From a plasmid, in sequence record NZ_CP066773.1: a stretch of DNA of 51,411 bases; one strand, written 5' to 3'. Under the pieces are notes generated by a model, which ran no database searches, was not told where the DNA came from, and saw only the letters and a program-made list of their open reading frames with translations. The position numbers and the translations under genes are program-made. This document shows, in pieces, positions 17,901 through 26,286 of the stretch; the stretch's first letter is position 1, and each line of letters starts with the position of its first letter.

Positions 17901-18337
17901 TTCGAGGGGGCCGAGAAGCGGCCGACGTGACAGTGCGCGTAGCGCGCTGGCGCGGCGGATGCCGGCACCCTCGCGCGGCGTGGCAAGGGCCGTGACAGGA
18001 CAAGCCAGACACGTGACAGTGCGCAGCGCTGGCGCGGGTCTGGCCCTGGCGCGGTCGTTGCTGCCGCTCGTCGGACTGCGCTCCTGGAAGGAGCGCCACA
18101 ACAGGGGGTGCACCGCTGGCTGGCCAGCGGAAGCGTCAGGGATGGAAGCCCGCCACTGGCGGGGCGAGACAGGCACAGCCTGGCTCGATGCGCAGCACGA
18201 GAGCCCGGCCCGAAGCGAAGCGCAGGGAGACGCCCAGGGTGGCAATTGACGGCCAGGCTGCAGACGGAAAACGACGCAGCATCACCAGCAAAAAAATACC
18301 TGTTTGCTCCGCAAAATCGCAGGCATAGAATGGCCCG

Positions 18338-18400
18338 GTGTTGATCGACGTTCTGCCATTCGCGGGGCGTCGATTGACGCTCCCGAGTGGCCTTTTTCAT
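18338..18400 (+). promoter_or_regulatory. Promoter/operator element P1 (ttgatcgacgttctgccattcgcggggcgtcgattgacgctcccgagtgg). Contains the inverted repeat ATCGACG-N17-CGTCGAT.
   Basis: About 88% identical to the segment at 18971-19035; sits directly before an RBS and start codon. Confidence 0.5.
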
Positions 18401-18411
18401 TGGAGGCCATC

Positions 18412-18852
18412 ATGTTGTCTGCAAACCTTATCCCTGAAGTCGAGCTGAACCTGTCTTGCCTGTCTGAAGGGCCTGATTTTCGCCCTGAGAGCAGCGAGGC
18501 ATATGGCTCCTGGATCATGAAGGGCGCAATACAGATCGGCAGAGGAGCTGGTGCGATCTGGGCTGTTCTGGACGCGCTTCCGAGTCATCCAGACGCAGCT
18601 TGGTCGATGACGCTGTACACCAGAAAAGGCACGTGTGTGGGATCGCTTTGGTGCAATGCGAAAACGCACAATTGCCAGGGGCGTCTTTGGATGATCTCGG
18701 ATGCCTACCCTGCGCTGATGTTGCACTGGTGGTTCAGACTGCCGGCCTGGATACAACGGCTGAGCCGCTTGCATCGAGCTGGCTACGAGCTGAAGCTGAT
18801 GGGGTGCTATTGGTTGGACGGCAGAATCACTATGAAACCCAGCTGGGAATAA
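18412..18852 (+). CDS. Hypothetical protein (lower-GC cargo gene), start MLSANLIPEV with a GGAGG RBS.
   Basis: 146 aa, Trp/Cys-rich. The ORF-track N-terminal extension overlaps the promoter repeat and is probably spurious. Confidence 0.45.
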   Translation: MLSANLIPEVELNLSCLSEGPDFRPESSEAYGSWIMKGAIQIGRGAGAIWAVLDALPSHPDAAWSMTLYTRKGTCVGSLWCNAKTHNCQGRLWMISDAYPALMLHWWFRLPAWIQRLSRLHRAGYELKLMGCYWLDGRITMKPSWE

Positions 18853-18970
18853 TGGTGAGAAGTCGTCAGGCAGCAAGCGGGAAAGGCTTTTTAGCCGCGC
18901 GAACGGGGAGGGTGAAAACCTTCCCCGTTTTTCTTGTGACATCTCCAAAACGCCGGTTGTAAAATGACCA

Positions 18971-19035
18971 GGCATTGATCGACGTTTCGCCATTCGCGGG
19001 GCGTCGATCGACGCTCCCGGATGGCTCCACTCAAC
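18971..19035 (+). promoter_or_regulatory. Promoter/operator element P2, paralogous to P1 (cattgatcgacgtttcgccattcgcggggcgtcgatcgacgctcccggatgg).
   Basis: Direct sequence comparison with 18338-18400. Confidence 0.5.
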
Positions 19036-19049
19036 TTTGGAGATCCATC

Positions 19050-19256
19050 ATGACTCAGACGTATGGTTTGCTGGCCAAGCAGTGGTGTAACAAGCGACTG
19101 CCGTTGCGGGTTCTCAAGTCGAACGCCGGGTATTACATTGGCACGGCTGACGAAGACGGCCCATGCTCGCGCGAGTCTGTGGAATATTTCCGCACACAAG
19201 CGACGGCACAACAGGCGCTCGACGACGGTGCTTGGACGCAAAAAGAAACGCCGTGA
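19050..19256 (+). CDS. Hypothetical small protein (start MTQTYGLLAKQW).
   Basis: 68 aa, downstream of promoter element P2 with a GGAG RBS. Followed by a strong terminator. Confidence 0.4.
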   Translation: MTQTYGLLAKQWCNKRLPLRVLKSNAGYYIGTADEDGPCSRESVEYFRTQATAQQALDDGAWTQKETP

Positions 19257-19295
19257 GACACACGGGAATCGGCTCCTATAGCCAACGCAGCACCA

Positions 19296-19326
19296 AAGCG
19301 AGAGGGTTCACCCCTCTCGCTTTTTT
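19296..19326 (+). terminator. Rho-independent terminator: gcgagaggg-ttcac-ccctctcgc followed by tttttt.
   Basis: Perfect 9-bp stem, the same stem sequence as the 1611 terminator, followed by a 6-T run. Confidence 0.65.
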
Positions 19327-19360
19327 CTTGCCGCCGGCGCGCCGGCGCAAGCCTGCGTGG

Positions 19361-19708
19361 TCACTTCTTCTTGATGAGCGAGCGCAACGCCGCGATGCGG
19401 GCCCGGGCGGTGTCTGCGCTGGTCAGCGCAAGGTCGCTCGGGATCGCGATGCCGAGTGCTTTGGCCACGTTGGACACGTAGGGCCGGCGTTGGCCAGCGA
19501 GCTGCGCGACGGCGGCCTCGATGGCAGCGTCGCCGACCTGTTCGCGCAACCAGGCGAGGGATCGCCGGTCACGATCGTTGGCGACGATGACGCCAGACCC
19601 ATCAACGCCGGCCTGCAGGCCGGCGTTGATGGGGGGCGTGTCAGCTGCTGCCGCCACTCGCCCGCCTGCTGGCGGACGCCCTGAAACATCGTCGTCAATT
19701 GTTTCCAT
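19361..19708 (-). CDS. Putative HTH DNA-binding protein (Fis/NtrC-C-terminal-like helix PYVSNVAKALGIAIPSD). Its first ~35 codons are encoded by the 36-bp palindrome plus the long-range repeat; the true start may be an internal GTG.
   Basis: High GC3 over most of the ORF; C-terminal HTH-like segment. Confidence 0.45.
   Translation of the reverse strand: METIDDDVSGRPPAGGRVAAAADTPPINAGLQAGVDGSGVIVANDRDRRSLAWLREQVGDAAIEAAVAQLAGQRRPYVSNVAKALGIAIPSDLALTSADTARARIAALRSLIKKK
19598..19633. repeat. 36-bp perfect palindrome CCCATCAACGCCGGCCTGCAGGCCGGCGTTGATGGG. Candidate oriT inverted repeat or recombination/protein-binding site.
   Basis: Exactly self-complementary and centred on CTGCAG. Explains why both strands translate to PINAGLQAGVDG. 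Confidence 0.6.
19634..19684 (+). repeat. Copy 1 of a ~50-bp long-range direct repeat (gcgtgtcaGCTGCTGCCGCCACTCGCCCgCCTGCTGGCGGaCGCCC). Copy 2 lies at about 49398-49450.
   Basis: About 90% identity over roughly 48 bp between two sites 29.8 kb apart; flanking DNA is unrelated. Confidence 0.55.
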
Positions 19709-19733
19709 GGGAAACCCGAAATTTCACCAGCGC

Positions 19734-19970
19734 TTACGGCAGGAACACCATACCTGGATTGTCGGTAAGCGGAATATCGGAATCGGCCACGACCCGCACC
19801 TCTCGGCCGAAGATTTCCGCAAATGCCGTCTGAAGCGAGTACCGCGTGCAGTCGAGATCCCCGTGCGCATTCATGTGCGGACCATCCTTCAACGTGATCT
19901 CGGCCAGCACTTCATCTGTAGCGTCTTTTGCTTTGATAAAGATTTTTGTGGTGTTGCCGGTTGTCATCAT
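19734..19970 (-). CDS. Hypothetical small protein (start MMTTGNTTKIF with an AAGGAGA RBS); lower-GC cargo.
   Basis: 79 aa. Confidence 0.4.
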   Translation of the reverse strand: MMTTGNTTKIFIKAKDATDEVLAEITLKDGPHMNAHGDLDCTRYSLQTAFAEIFGREVRVVADSDIPLTDNPGMVFLP

Positions 19971-20023
19971 CCGTCTCCTTTGCCGGCCAGGCCGGCTCAT
20001 TCTTGAGTCGCTGCCGTTGAGAA

Positions 20024-20233
20024 TCACTGCGTGCCCAGCGCAGCGGTCAGCGCTTCCACCTGGCCAACGGTGAGATCCGCCAGCGCGACGTGCGCGCGGC
20101 CGTCATAGATCATCAGGCCGTAGATGCAGGCGAGGGCCCGGGCTTGCGCGTTCAAGGCGAACTCACCGCCAGGCTCTGCTGCACGCCAGTAGTTGATGGC
20201 TTGCTCGATCTGCGAGATGGTGTACGTAGTCAT
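20024..20233 (-). CDS. Hypothetical small protein.
   Basis: 69 aa; start overlaps the upstream gene stop. Confidence 0.35.
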   Translation of the reverse strand: MTTYTISQIEQAINYWRAAEPGGEFALNAQARALACIYGLMIYDGRAHVALADLTVGQVEALTAALGTQ

Positions 20234-20532
20234 ATCGCCCCTTGACGTTTCAATGCATTAGAAATGCGTTCCTTTGCGATGGCGCATATCGGATCATTGA
20301 CATAGCGAGACTCAAGGAACGCCTTGATTTGAATACTCGAAAAATCCGCCCAAGGATGTTCGCAGACAAGGTTCGCGTTGTAATCCTTCAGCACAGGCCA
20401 CGCAACGGTTGCCATTACTGCTACGAAGGCTGCTCCTACGATAAGTCGAAGGATTCTCTCAGTACGACCTGTCGTCATAAGCCACGCGACAAACGCGAGA
20501 AGGGTTGCGCCAATGAGAAATAGAAGAAGCAT
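20230..20532 (-). CDS. Small membrane protein (start MLLLFLIGATLLAFVAWL).
   Basis: Two TM helices; 100 aa. The ORF-track extension into nuc is spurious. Confidence 0.45.
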   Translation of the reverse strand: MLLLFLIGATLLAFVAWLMTTGRTERILRLIVGAAFVAVMATVAWPVLKDYNANLVCEHPWADFSSIQIKAFLESRYVNDPICAIAKERISNALKRQGAI

Positions 20533-20542
20533 GTCGTTGCCT

Positions 20543-21109
20543 TCAACGATCTGAATACGGCATTGATTGCGCGTGCAGCTGCAGGAATGCCTGCGCATAG
20601 AGCTGCGCGAGCTGAGGGTTGCCGCGAAACACATTCCAATTTTCGGAATTCCTCTCGTCGCCGGCGCGCGTGAAATTCATGCTGCCCAGGCCCACGATGT
20701 TGTCGTCGATAACGACGGTCTTCTGGTGCATGCGAGGATGCGTCCAGTCGATCCGCACGTGCACGCCGGCGTGCACCAGGTAGGTTGCCACGCTGTAGGA
20801 CGAACGAACGTTCTCCTGGTCAAGCACCACGCGCACGTCGACATGCCGGCGCGGATCTGCAGCTTGCGCAAGCGCGCGGGCGATGCGTGGGTGCGTGAAC
20901 TCGTAGCCGGCAAGCCACACGCGCGTGTGGGCCGCCTCGATGGACCGCGCGATCGCGTCGGCGGCACCGCCGGCCGGCGAGAAATAGACGGTGACGGTGC
21001 CGGTGTTCTGCAGCGAGACGCCTTCTGCATAGCTGCCGATCGGAGACAGTGCAACAGTGCTGGCCAGCACCAGGCCGGGCACAAACGAGGGTAGGCGGCG
21101 CGGCGTCAT
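20543..21109 (-). CDS. nuc: Periplasmic phospholipase-D-family endonuclease (Nuc-like, as on pKM101/R46 conjugative plasmids).
   Basis: Signal peptide followed by the HKD motif HPRMHQKTVVIDDNIVGLGSMNFTRAG (HxKx4Dx6GSxN). Confidence 0.75.
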   Translation of the reverse strand: MTPRRLPSFVPGLVLASTVALSPIGSYAEGVSLQNTGTVTVYFSPAGGAADAIARSIEAAHTRVWLAGYEFTHPRIARALAQAADPRRHVDVRVVLDQENVRSSYSVATYLVHAGVHVRIDWTHPRMHQKTVVIDDNIVGLGSMNFTRAGDERNSENWNVFRGNPQLAQLYAQAFLQLHAQSMPYSDR

Positions 21110-21300
21110 TTCATGGCTCCGGCGTTGAGTGGATGGAGCAGCGCGCTCACGTCCGCCTGGCAGTTCATAAGCACCTTGACACCCTTGTGGATGGCCAGCG
21201 CGCAGAATTCCGGTTCTGGAATCTGCGCCGTTTGTGCCGCCTCTCGCATTCGCCTGTAGTCATCAGGATGCATTTCAAGCGTGACCGTGATCCGCTGCAT
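21106..21300 (-). CDS. Ribbon-helix-helix (CopG-like) DNA-binding protein, start MQRITVTLEMHPDDYRRMREAA.
   Basis: RHH beta-strand and helix pattern; 64 aa. Confidence 0.5.
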   Translation of the reverse strand: MQRITVTLEMHPDDYRRMREAAQTAQIPEPEFCALAIHKGVKVLMNCQADVSALLHPLNAGAMK

Positions 21301-21352
21301 GTTGTGGCCTGTCCATTCGGTATCAGTCGTCTGGTGCGTCACATCAGGAAAC

Positions 21353-21601
21353 CTAGATTTCGAGCTTGATGCCGCGTGTTTCGGCCCATGCGGCAAACGC
21401 CTTGTCGCGGCGCAGGTGCTGACGCAGGATGTATTCGCCGATGTCATCCATGGATAGTTCGGCTTCGTTCATCTCCCGATAGGCATCCTGGTAATGCAGC
21501 AGCGCGGCATGCAAGCCCGCTGGAATAGTCAACTTGAGCGTGGCGTGCTGCGGAACCGGCTTGGCGACGGGCAGCATGAGGCGAGCTTTCTTTTCAGTCA
21601 T
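21353..21601 (-). CDS. Hypothetical small protein (possibly DUF2274-like, a family often found downstream of trbI in Tn4371-type elements).
   Basis: 82 aa; position and size only. Confidence 0.4.
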   Translation of the reverse strand: MTEKKARLMLPVAKPVPQHATLKLTIPAGLHAALLHYQDAYREMNEAELSMDDIGEYILRQHLRRDKAFAAWAETRGIKLEI

Positions 21602-22851
21602 GGTTTTGCGTTGAGGGTGGGTGAGTTGGGCACGTTGACGGCGCGCAGAAGCGGAACGCCGGCAATGCGTGCAATAGAAGAAATGCTTTGACGCTGAATC
21701 TCGCCAACGGCCAGGCCGTCGTCAAACCAGTTGTTGGCAAGGCCGAGCAGCACATCCGGGCGAACCAGGAACAGGCGCCAGTGCGGCCAGAACAGGAAGT
21801 CTTCGTAGCAGATGGAAAACGCCGCACGGTGGCCATCGATGGTGAGGAAGTCTTGGCTAAGGTCACCTAGAACGGCGCTCAGGGGCGCCATGGGCCGCCA
21901 CAGGCCTGCCGGCACCGGCTGGCGGCTGTCGAATCGGCCATCGCCAGCGCCGAGCACGATGGCGCTGTCAGCGTAGCGGCGGGGTGATTCCGAAACGAGC
22001 AGGTCAACACCCATGACGAGTGTTTGCCTTGAGTCCTTGAGTTGAGTAAGTGAGCTATCCCACCAGAACTGCGTAGAGTCCCGCCACAGACCGGTCATTT
22101 CTTCCGGCAAGACGACCACGCGCGCGCCGGCGTCGAACGCCTTGCGTGCGGCGAGCTGCAACGCTTCGGAGCGCGCATAGAGGGCTGCATAGCTGGCCTG
22201 GTCGAGCTGGCCCATTGCCGTATTGACCGCGACCCAGCCCGCCGGCGGCCGTGGAAGCGCCTCGGATGAGGCCACAGGAGCAACCAGGAGCACCAACGCA
22301 GCGCCGAGCGCGGCGGGCCGACGCACAGGGAACAGCCACAAGGGATAGCACGCCAGCCCGGCTAAAACGAGAACGGCATACACCAGGCTGTAGATGCCGG
22401 CACCCGGGAGCAAGACGCTGGCGACATGCAACGGCGAGACCCAGCCGACGATGCCGATGGGTGGCACGGTCGATACCAGCAGCGCCAACGCCGCGCGCCA
22501 CCAGAGGCCGCGTTGACGCGATGCCGGCGCCGGCTTGAGCACCATCCATGGCATTGCAAGCACGCAGGCCTGGGCGATCCAGAACGCGACGCCGACGGCG
22601 AGTGCCGGCGTCGCACCCAGTTCGCCGTGGACCGAGAAAAACCGGGCGCATACGACCGGGATGTCACGAGCGGCCACCAGGTAGTAGCCGGCCCACATCG
22701 TGCCCGCTGCAACTCGGCCCGGGCTTGCCGCCCAGAGCACCGGCAGCGCAAGCAGCACGATCACCCAGTTGCCGGGATACCAGGCGGCGAACGCGATGCC
22801 AGCACCGGCCGCGGCGTAGGCGAGAGCTGAGAGCAACGTTTTGGCCTGCAT
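21598..22851 (-). CDS. Apolipoprotein N-acyltransferase (Lnt)-like membrane protein: 6-7 N-terminal TM helices plus a C-terminal CN-hydrolase-like domain.
   Basis: ARVVVLPEEMTG (compare Lnt catalytic Glu in vvWPE) and AAFSICYEDFLFWP (compare the Lnt catalytic Cys in the ICYE motif). Multi-pass hydrophobic N-terminus. Confidence 0.55.
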   Translation of the reverse strand: MQAKTLLSALAYAAAGAGIAFAAWYPGNWVIVLLALPVLWAASPGRVAAGTMWAGYYLVAARDIPVVCARFFSVHGELGATPALAVGVAFWIAQACVLAMPWMVLKPAPASRQRGLWWRAALALLVSTVPPIGIVGWVSPLHVASVLLPGAGIYSLVYAVLVLAGLACYPLWLFPVRRPAALGAALVLLVAPVASSEALPRPPAGWVAVNTAMGQLDQASYAALYARSEALQLAARKAFDAGARVVVLPEEMTGLWRDSTQFWWDSSLTQLKDSRQTLVMGVDLLVSESPRRYADSAIVLGAGDGRFDSRQPVPAGLWRPMAPLSAVLGDLSQDFLTIDGHRAAFSICYEDFLFWPHWRLFLVRPDVLLGLANNWFDDGLAVGEIQRQSISSIARIAGVPLLRAVNVPNSPTLNAKP

Positions 22852-22857
22852 GCTGGC

Positions 22858-23277
22858 TTACTGGTCTTGTGACGCCGCTGCGCCCGTGGTCTTGACCGGC
22901 GCGGCAGCGCCGCGCAACACCACCTGTGGCACACCATCCACGTACCACCTCGTTGCCCGAGCTTCCTGGTTGCCCGCGCGGAAGATCAGCACATTGGCCT
23001 GATAGCTGATGACGATGTATGGATAGCTGCGGCGCCAGCTGAGAAGTGCGGTGCCGTTGGGCGTCTCAGTGAGGATGGCGGGCACGTGCGCCGGATCATC
23101 GAATTGAACGTAGATGTACTGGCCATCGTCGAAGACCTGGAACGGTTTCACCATGTCGGCGCCGCTGGTGGTCCAGCCGAAGTTGTACGCATTCGGAGCC
23201 GCGAATGCGCTGGCGGGCAGAACGGCGGCGAGCATCAGCGCGCAAATGAAGCGAACAAAGGATTTCATTGGTAGCAC
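22858..23277 (-). CDS. Secreted/periplasmic hypothetical protein (Sec signal peptide MKSFVRFICALMLAAVLPASAFA).
   Basis: 139 aa; overlaps the trbI stop by 13 nt. Confidence 0.5.
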   Translation of the reverse strand: MLPMKSFVRFICALMLAAVLPASAFAAPNAYNFGWTTSGADMVKPFQVFDDGQYIYVQFDDPAHVPAILTETPNGTALLSWRRSYPYIVISYQANVLIFRAGNQEARATRWYVDGVPQVVLRGAAAPVKTTGAAASQDQ

Positions 23278-24611
23278 TCCCCAGCAACGGTATTAGGTGG
23301 AATTCGGATAGGCGCTTTGGTGATGAAAACAAGCTTCTGGCCAGGATCGAGCCGCAATGTCGGCTGGATGTTGGAGTTGCGCTGCAGGATCGTCTGCGTG
23401 GTCTGCGAAACCGCCTGTCCAGCAGCGGAGGTCAAGCCGGTGGCACCGCCGCCGCCATTGATATTGAGCGTCGTGCCGGTTGGCTGGCTTTGATTGCGGC
23501 CGATGTATTGAGCGATGCCGGCAATCAGGAACGTGGAGCCGAAAATCTTGAAGAAGTGATTGTTGACGTCGGCTGACACGCCGGCTTCACCGTTCGGATC
23601 GGCTCCGTTCAACCCATCGAGCACCATCGATGCGCCGTTACGGAAGATCATGAGCGCGGCGCCCATCTGCATACGCTCCTGTCCGATCGCTACGTCGCTA
23701 TTGCTCGCCCCGACGATCCGAGTGCCTTTTGCGATCAATCGGCATGAGCCATTGATGCTGTCGTAGATGTCCCGGTCGACGGTCGCGCTGTACTGCCCGG
23801 GCATGTCGCTGTTGACGCCTTGGTTGAGCACAACCGGGATGGGCGTGCCGGGCATAACCATGAACGGCGATTCGGCGGCTTGCGGGGTCAACGTTGCGCT
23901 CTGGCCTTGGTTCGTCTGCTGTCCCTGCCACGCGACGTGACGCGCGTTCGTTGCGGAACCGGGCGTGTTCTGGCTCTGGCTGTTGGCCGCCGCAAGCGCG
24001 GCGAGCTGCGCTTGAATGGCAGGTGTCCCAGCTTCACCAGGCGCGGTACGTTTGTCGGCCTGTTGACGCTGCAGCGACGCGATGTAATCGGAAATCGGAT
24101 TGGTGCCGGCACTGGCTGCAGCGCCTTGCTCGCGATCGCCATAGGACACCACCGCCATGGTGTCGGTCTCCTGGGAGGCTCGCTGCAGCGCAAGACGCTG
24201 CTCCGGGGTCAGCCCTTCCTGGGAACCAGGCGCACCCGCCGGCACGCCGGCCGGCGCGGATGCGCCGCCTACCATGCCGTTCGGCACAGGGCCGGATGGC
24301 GGCGTCTTCGGCGCCGCCGGCGCCGCGGGTGCCGGATGCTCCGTTTGTGCGCGCGTGAATTGATTCTCCAGCTTCTGAGCAAGCGCATCTCCCGAAGCCG
24401 GCTGTTCCTTCGCCAGTTGTTCGAGCTGTTCGCGCCGTGCCCGTTGGTCGGCCGTTTCACGCGGGTGCGTGAAATAGCGCACAAACACGATCGACAGAAT
24501 CGTGGCACCGAAGAAAATGGAGATCGTCTTGGCCAGCCCCCGTCGCACACGAACGCGCGGGGCAGGCTCATTGGTCATGGGGGCCGCATTGCGGTCAGGC
24601 GTGGCCATCAA
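23265..24611 (-). CDS. trbI: TrbI/VirB10-like T4SS protein.
   Basis: N-terminal TM, Pro-rich linker, and a C-terminal VirB10 domain (...NGASMVLDGLNGADPNGEAGVSADVNNHFFKIFGSTFLIAGIAQ). 448 aa. Confidence 0.8.
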   Translation of the reverse strand: MMATPDRNAAPMTNEPAPRVRVRRGLAKTISIFFGATILSIVFVRYFTHPRETADQRARREQLEQLAKEQPASGDALAQKLENQFTRAQTEHPAPAAPAAPKTPPSGPVPNGMVGGASAPAGVPAGAPGSQEGLTPEQRLALQRASQETDTMAVVSYGDREQGAAASAGTNPISDYIASLQRQQADKRTAPGEAGTPAIQAQLAALAAANSQSQNTPGSATNARHVAWQGQQTNQGQSATLTPQAAESPFMVMPGTPIPVVLNQGVNSDMPGQYSATVDRDIYDSINGSCRLIAKGTRIVGASNSDVAIGQERMQMGAALMIFRNGASMVLDGLNGADPNGEAGVSADVNNHFFKIFGSTFLIAGIAQYIGRNQSQPTGTTLNINGGGGATGLTSAAGQAVSQTTQTILQRNSNIQPTLRLDPGQKLVFITKAPIRIPPNTVAGECYQ

Positions 24612-25561
24612 GCGCCCCCATCGATGTTCTTCACAGGCTTCGTATCGCAGCTGAAGAAACCACAGCCTGACCCCTTGCCATTGAAGATCCGCACCTCGTC
24701 CTTGCCTCGCTTGAGCAGCGCGCCGTACGTGACAACCTCCTGGATCTGGTACATGTCGTTGCCGAGCGGAATCACGCGCGCCATTTCACCCTGGCCATCC
24801 TTGTCCAGGATGAACACGGCCGACAGCTTGGCGTCGTGCGGCAGTTGGTAATACGTCATGCGGCCATCGTCGAACACCATCACCGGCTTGAACTCGGCGT
24901 TGCCCTCGATGCGGTAGTTCGTGTTCATGCGCGTCGCGTCGATGCGCGGGCTCCCCGTTTTCGAGCCTCCCGCTTCTGGGCGACCTGGTACACCAGGCGT
25001 AGCCGGAATTTCGAAACCGAATACGGTCGGACTTGCGCCGACACCATCGCCCAACGTGTCTGTGTATTGCCAACTCACACGTTGATATGCCGGGCCGTCG
25101 TCACCCGAGCACAGTTGAAGCTCGTAGCGTCGTTTCGACGTGATGATCGTCGCGGCCGCGCGCTGTCCAGCTGCAGCCGGCACGATGAAGAGGTCGCGCT
25201 TGGTGACCGATGGCATCGTTGGCCAGAGCTTCTTGTTTCGGTCGCCGAGTGTGAACGACACCAACGTCTCGTCGTCACCCAGCACCAGGTGCGTCTGCTG
25301 ATTGGGCCGCATCGGAATCGGATATGTGTAATCCGCGTCGTAGGCGTAGGTCGCAAGCGTCGGGTCTTGCTGCTCAGCAAAGGGGCCGAAAGCAGAAGAC
25401 TTGGCGCAGGGCGACGCCGCGCGAGCTGCCGGCGCAACCTTCGACATGCGGCCGAACTCGCCCTGGGGGCGAGGAGCGGCTGCAGGGACATCGGCATAGA
25501 CCGATGCGGCATGCGTTGCCATCGCAGCAATGATGAGAATGGCGCGAGGTAGCGTCTTCAT
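24608..25561 (-). CDS. trbG: TrbG/VirB9-like T4SS protein.
   Basis: Signal peptide and VirB9/CagX domain motifs (RYELQL, YQRVSWQY); stop/start overlaps with neighbours. Confidence 0.8.
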   Translation of the reverse strand: MKTLPRAILIIAAMATHAASVYADVPAAAPRPQGEFGRMSKVAPAARAASPCAKSSAFGPFAEQQDPTLATYAYDADYTYPIPMRPNQQTHLVLGDDETLVSFTLGDRNKKLWPTMPSVTKRDLFIVPAAAGQRAAATIITSKRRYELQLCSGDDGPAYQRVSWQYTDTLGDGVGASPTVFGFEIPATPGVPGRPEAGGSKTGSPRIDATRMNTNYRIEGNAEFKPVMVFDDGRMTYYQLPHDAKLSAVFILDKDGQGEMARVIPLGNDMYQIQEVVTYGALLKRGKDEVRIFNGKGSGCGFFSCDTKPVKNIDGGA

Positions 25562-26286
25562 TTCGTCGATCCTGGGGTAATGCCGGTGTACGGAGTAATG
25601 GACAGGCCCGTGATGCGCATGCCGATCGGGTTGTCCTTCCTGTCTTCCGGCTTGAGTTGTTGCGGCGCGGTGAGGAAGTTGATGGTGAGCAGCTTCTGCT
25701 TGGGCGTCTGGCGAACGCCGGCAATGCTCTCGGTCAGAGTGACGATCATGTAGGCGATGTTGCCGTCGGCCGAGAACGATATGGAGTTGTCTTCGAACTG
25801 ACGGGTCAGCCCGGGCGTGTTGACGACGCGCTGGGCCACCGGATCGGTTTCAGTGATGTAGGTGTCGAGCTCCTTGGTTGCGGCACCGGAGGTCCACGTG
25901 CGTGCAAGCGGGATCTGTCGCTTCAGGGTGTCTTGCGCATCCAGGTTGATCGTGAATACGCGGGTAGCCCACTTGCGCAGGAAATAGGCGTTGTTGTCGG
26001 CGGTCGGGGTGAACGCCTCGGCGTATTTCTCGCTGTAGTAGACGGCACCGCTTTGCTTGTCGCGTTCGACGAAATAGGGCTTCGGGCCAGAGTTATCGCT
26101 AATTCTGACGATCGCGACGGTCTGCCCGATGGAGATAGCCGCGAACACAATGGCGACTTTCGTTGCCAGGTGCTTGTCGAGAATTGGTTTCTGAAACGCA
26201 GCAAACCATCCACGGACGCCCTGGCCAGTTCCGGGCGGCGGAGTAATTTGCATTTCAGGGGTGGATCTGGAGGAGAAAAGTTTCAT
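25558..26286 (-). CDS. trbF: TrbF/VirB8-like T4SS protein.
   Basis: Single N-terminal TM plus periplasmic NTF2-like domain; position between trbL and trbG. Confidence 0.7.
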   Translation of the reverse strand: MKLFSSRSTPEMQITPPPGTGQGVRGWFAAFQKPILDKHLATKVAIVFAAISIGQTVAIVRISDNSGPKPYFVERDKQSGAVYYSEKYAEAFTPTADNNAYFLRKWATRVFTINLDAQDTLKRQIPLARTWTSGAATKELDTYITETDPVAQRVVNTPGLTRQFEDNSISFSADGNIAYMIVTLTESIAGVRQTPKQKLLTINFLTAPQQLKPEDRKDNPIGMRITGLSITPYTGITPGSTK

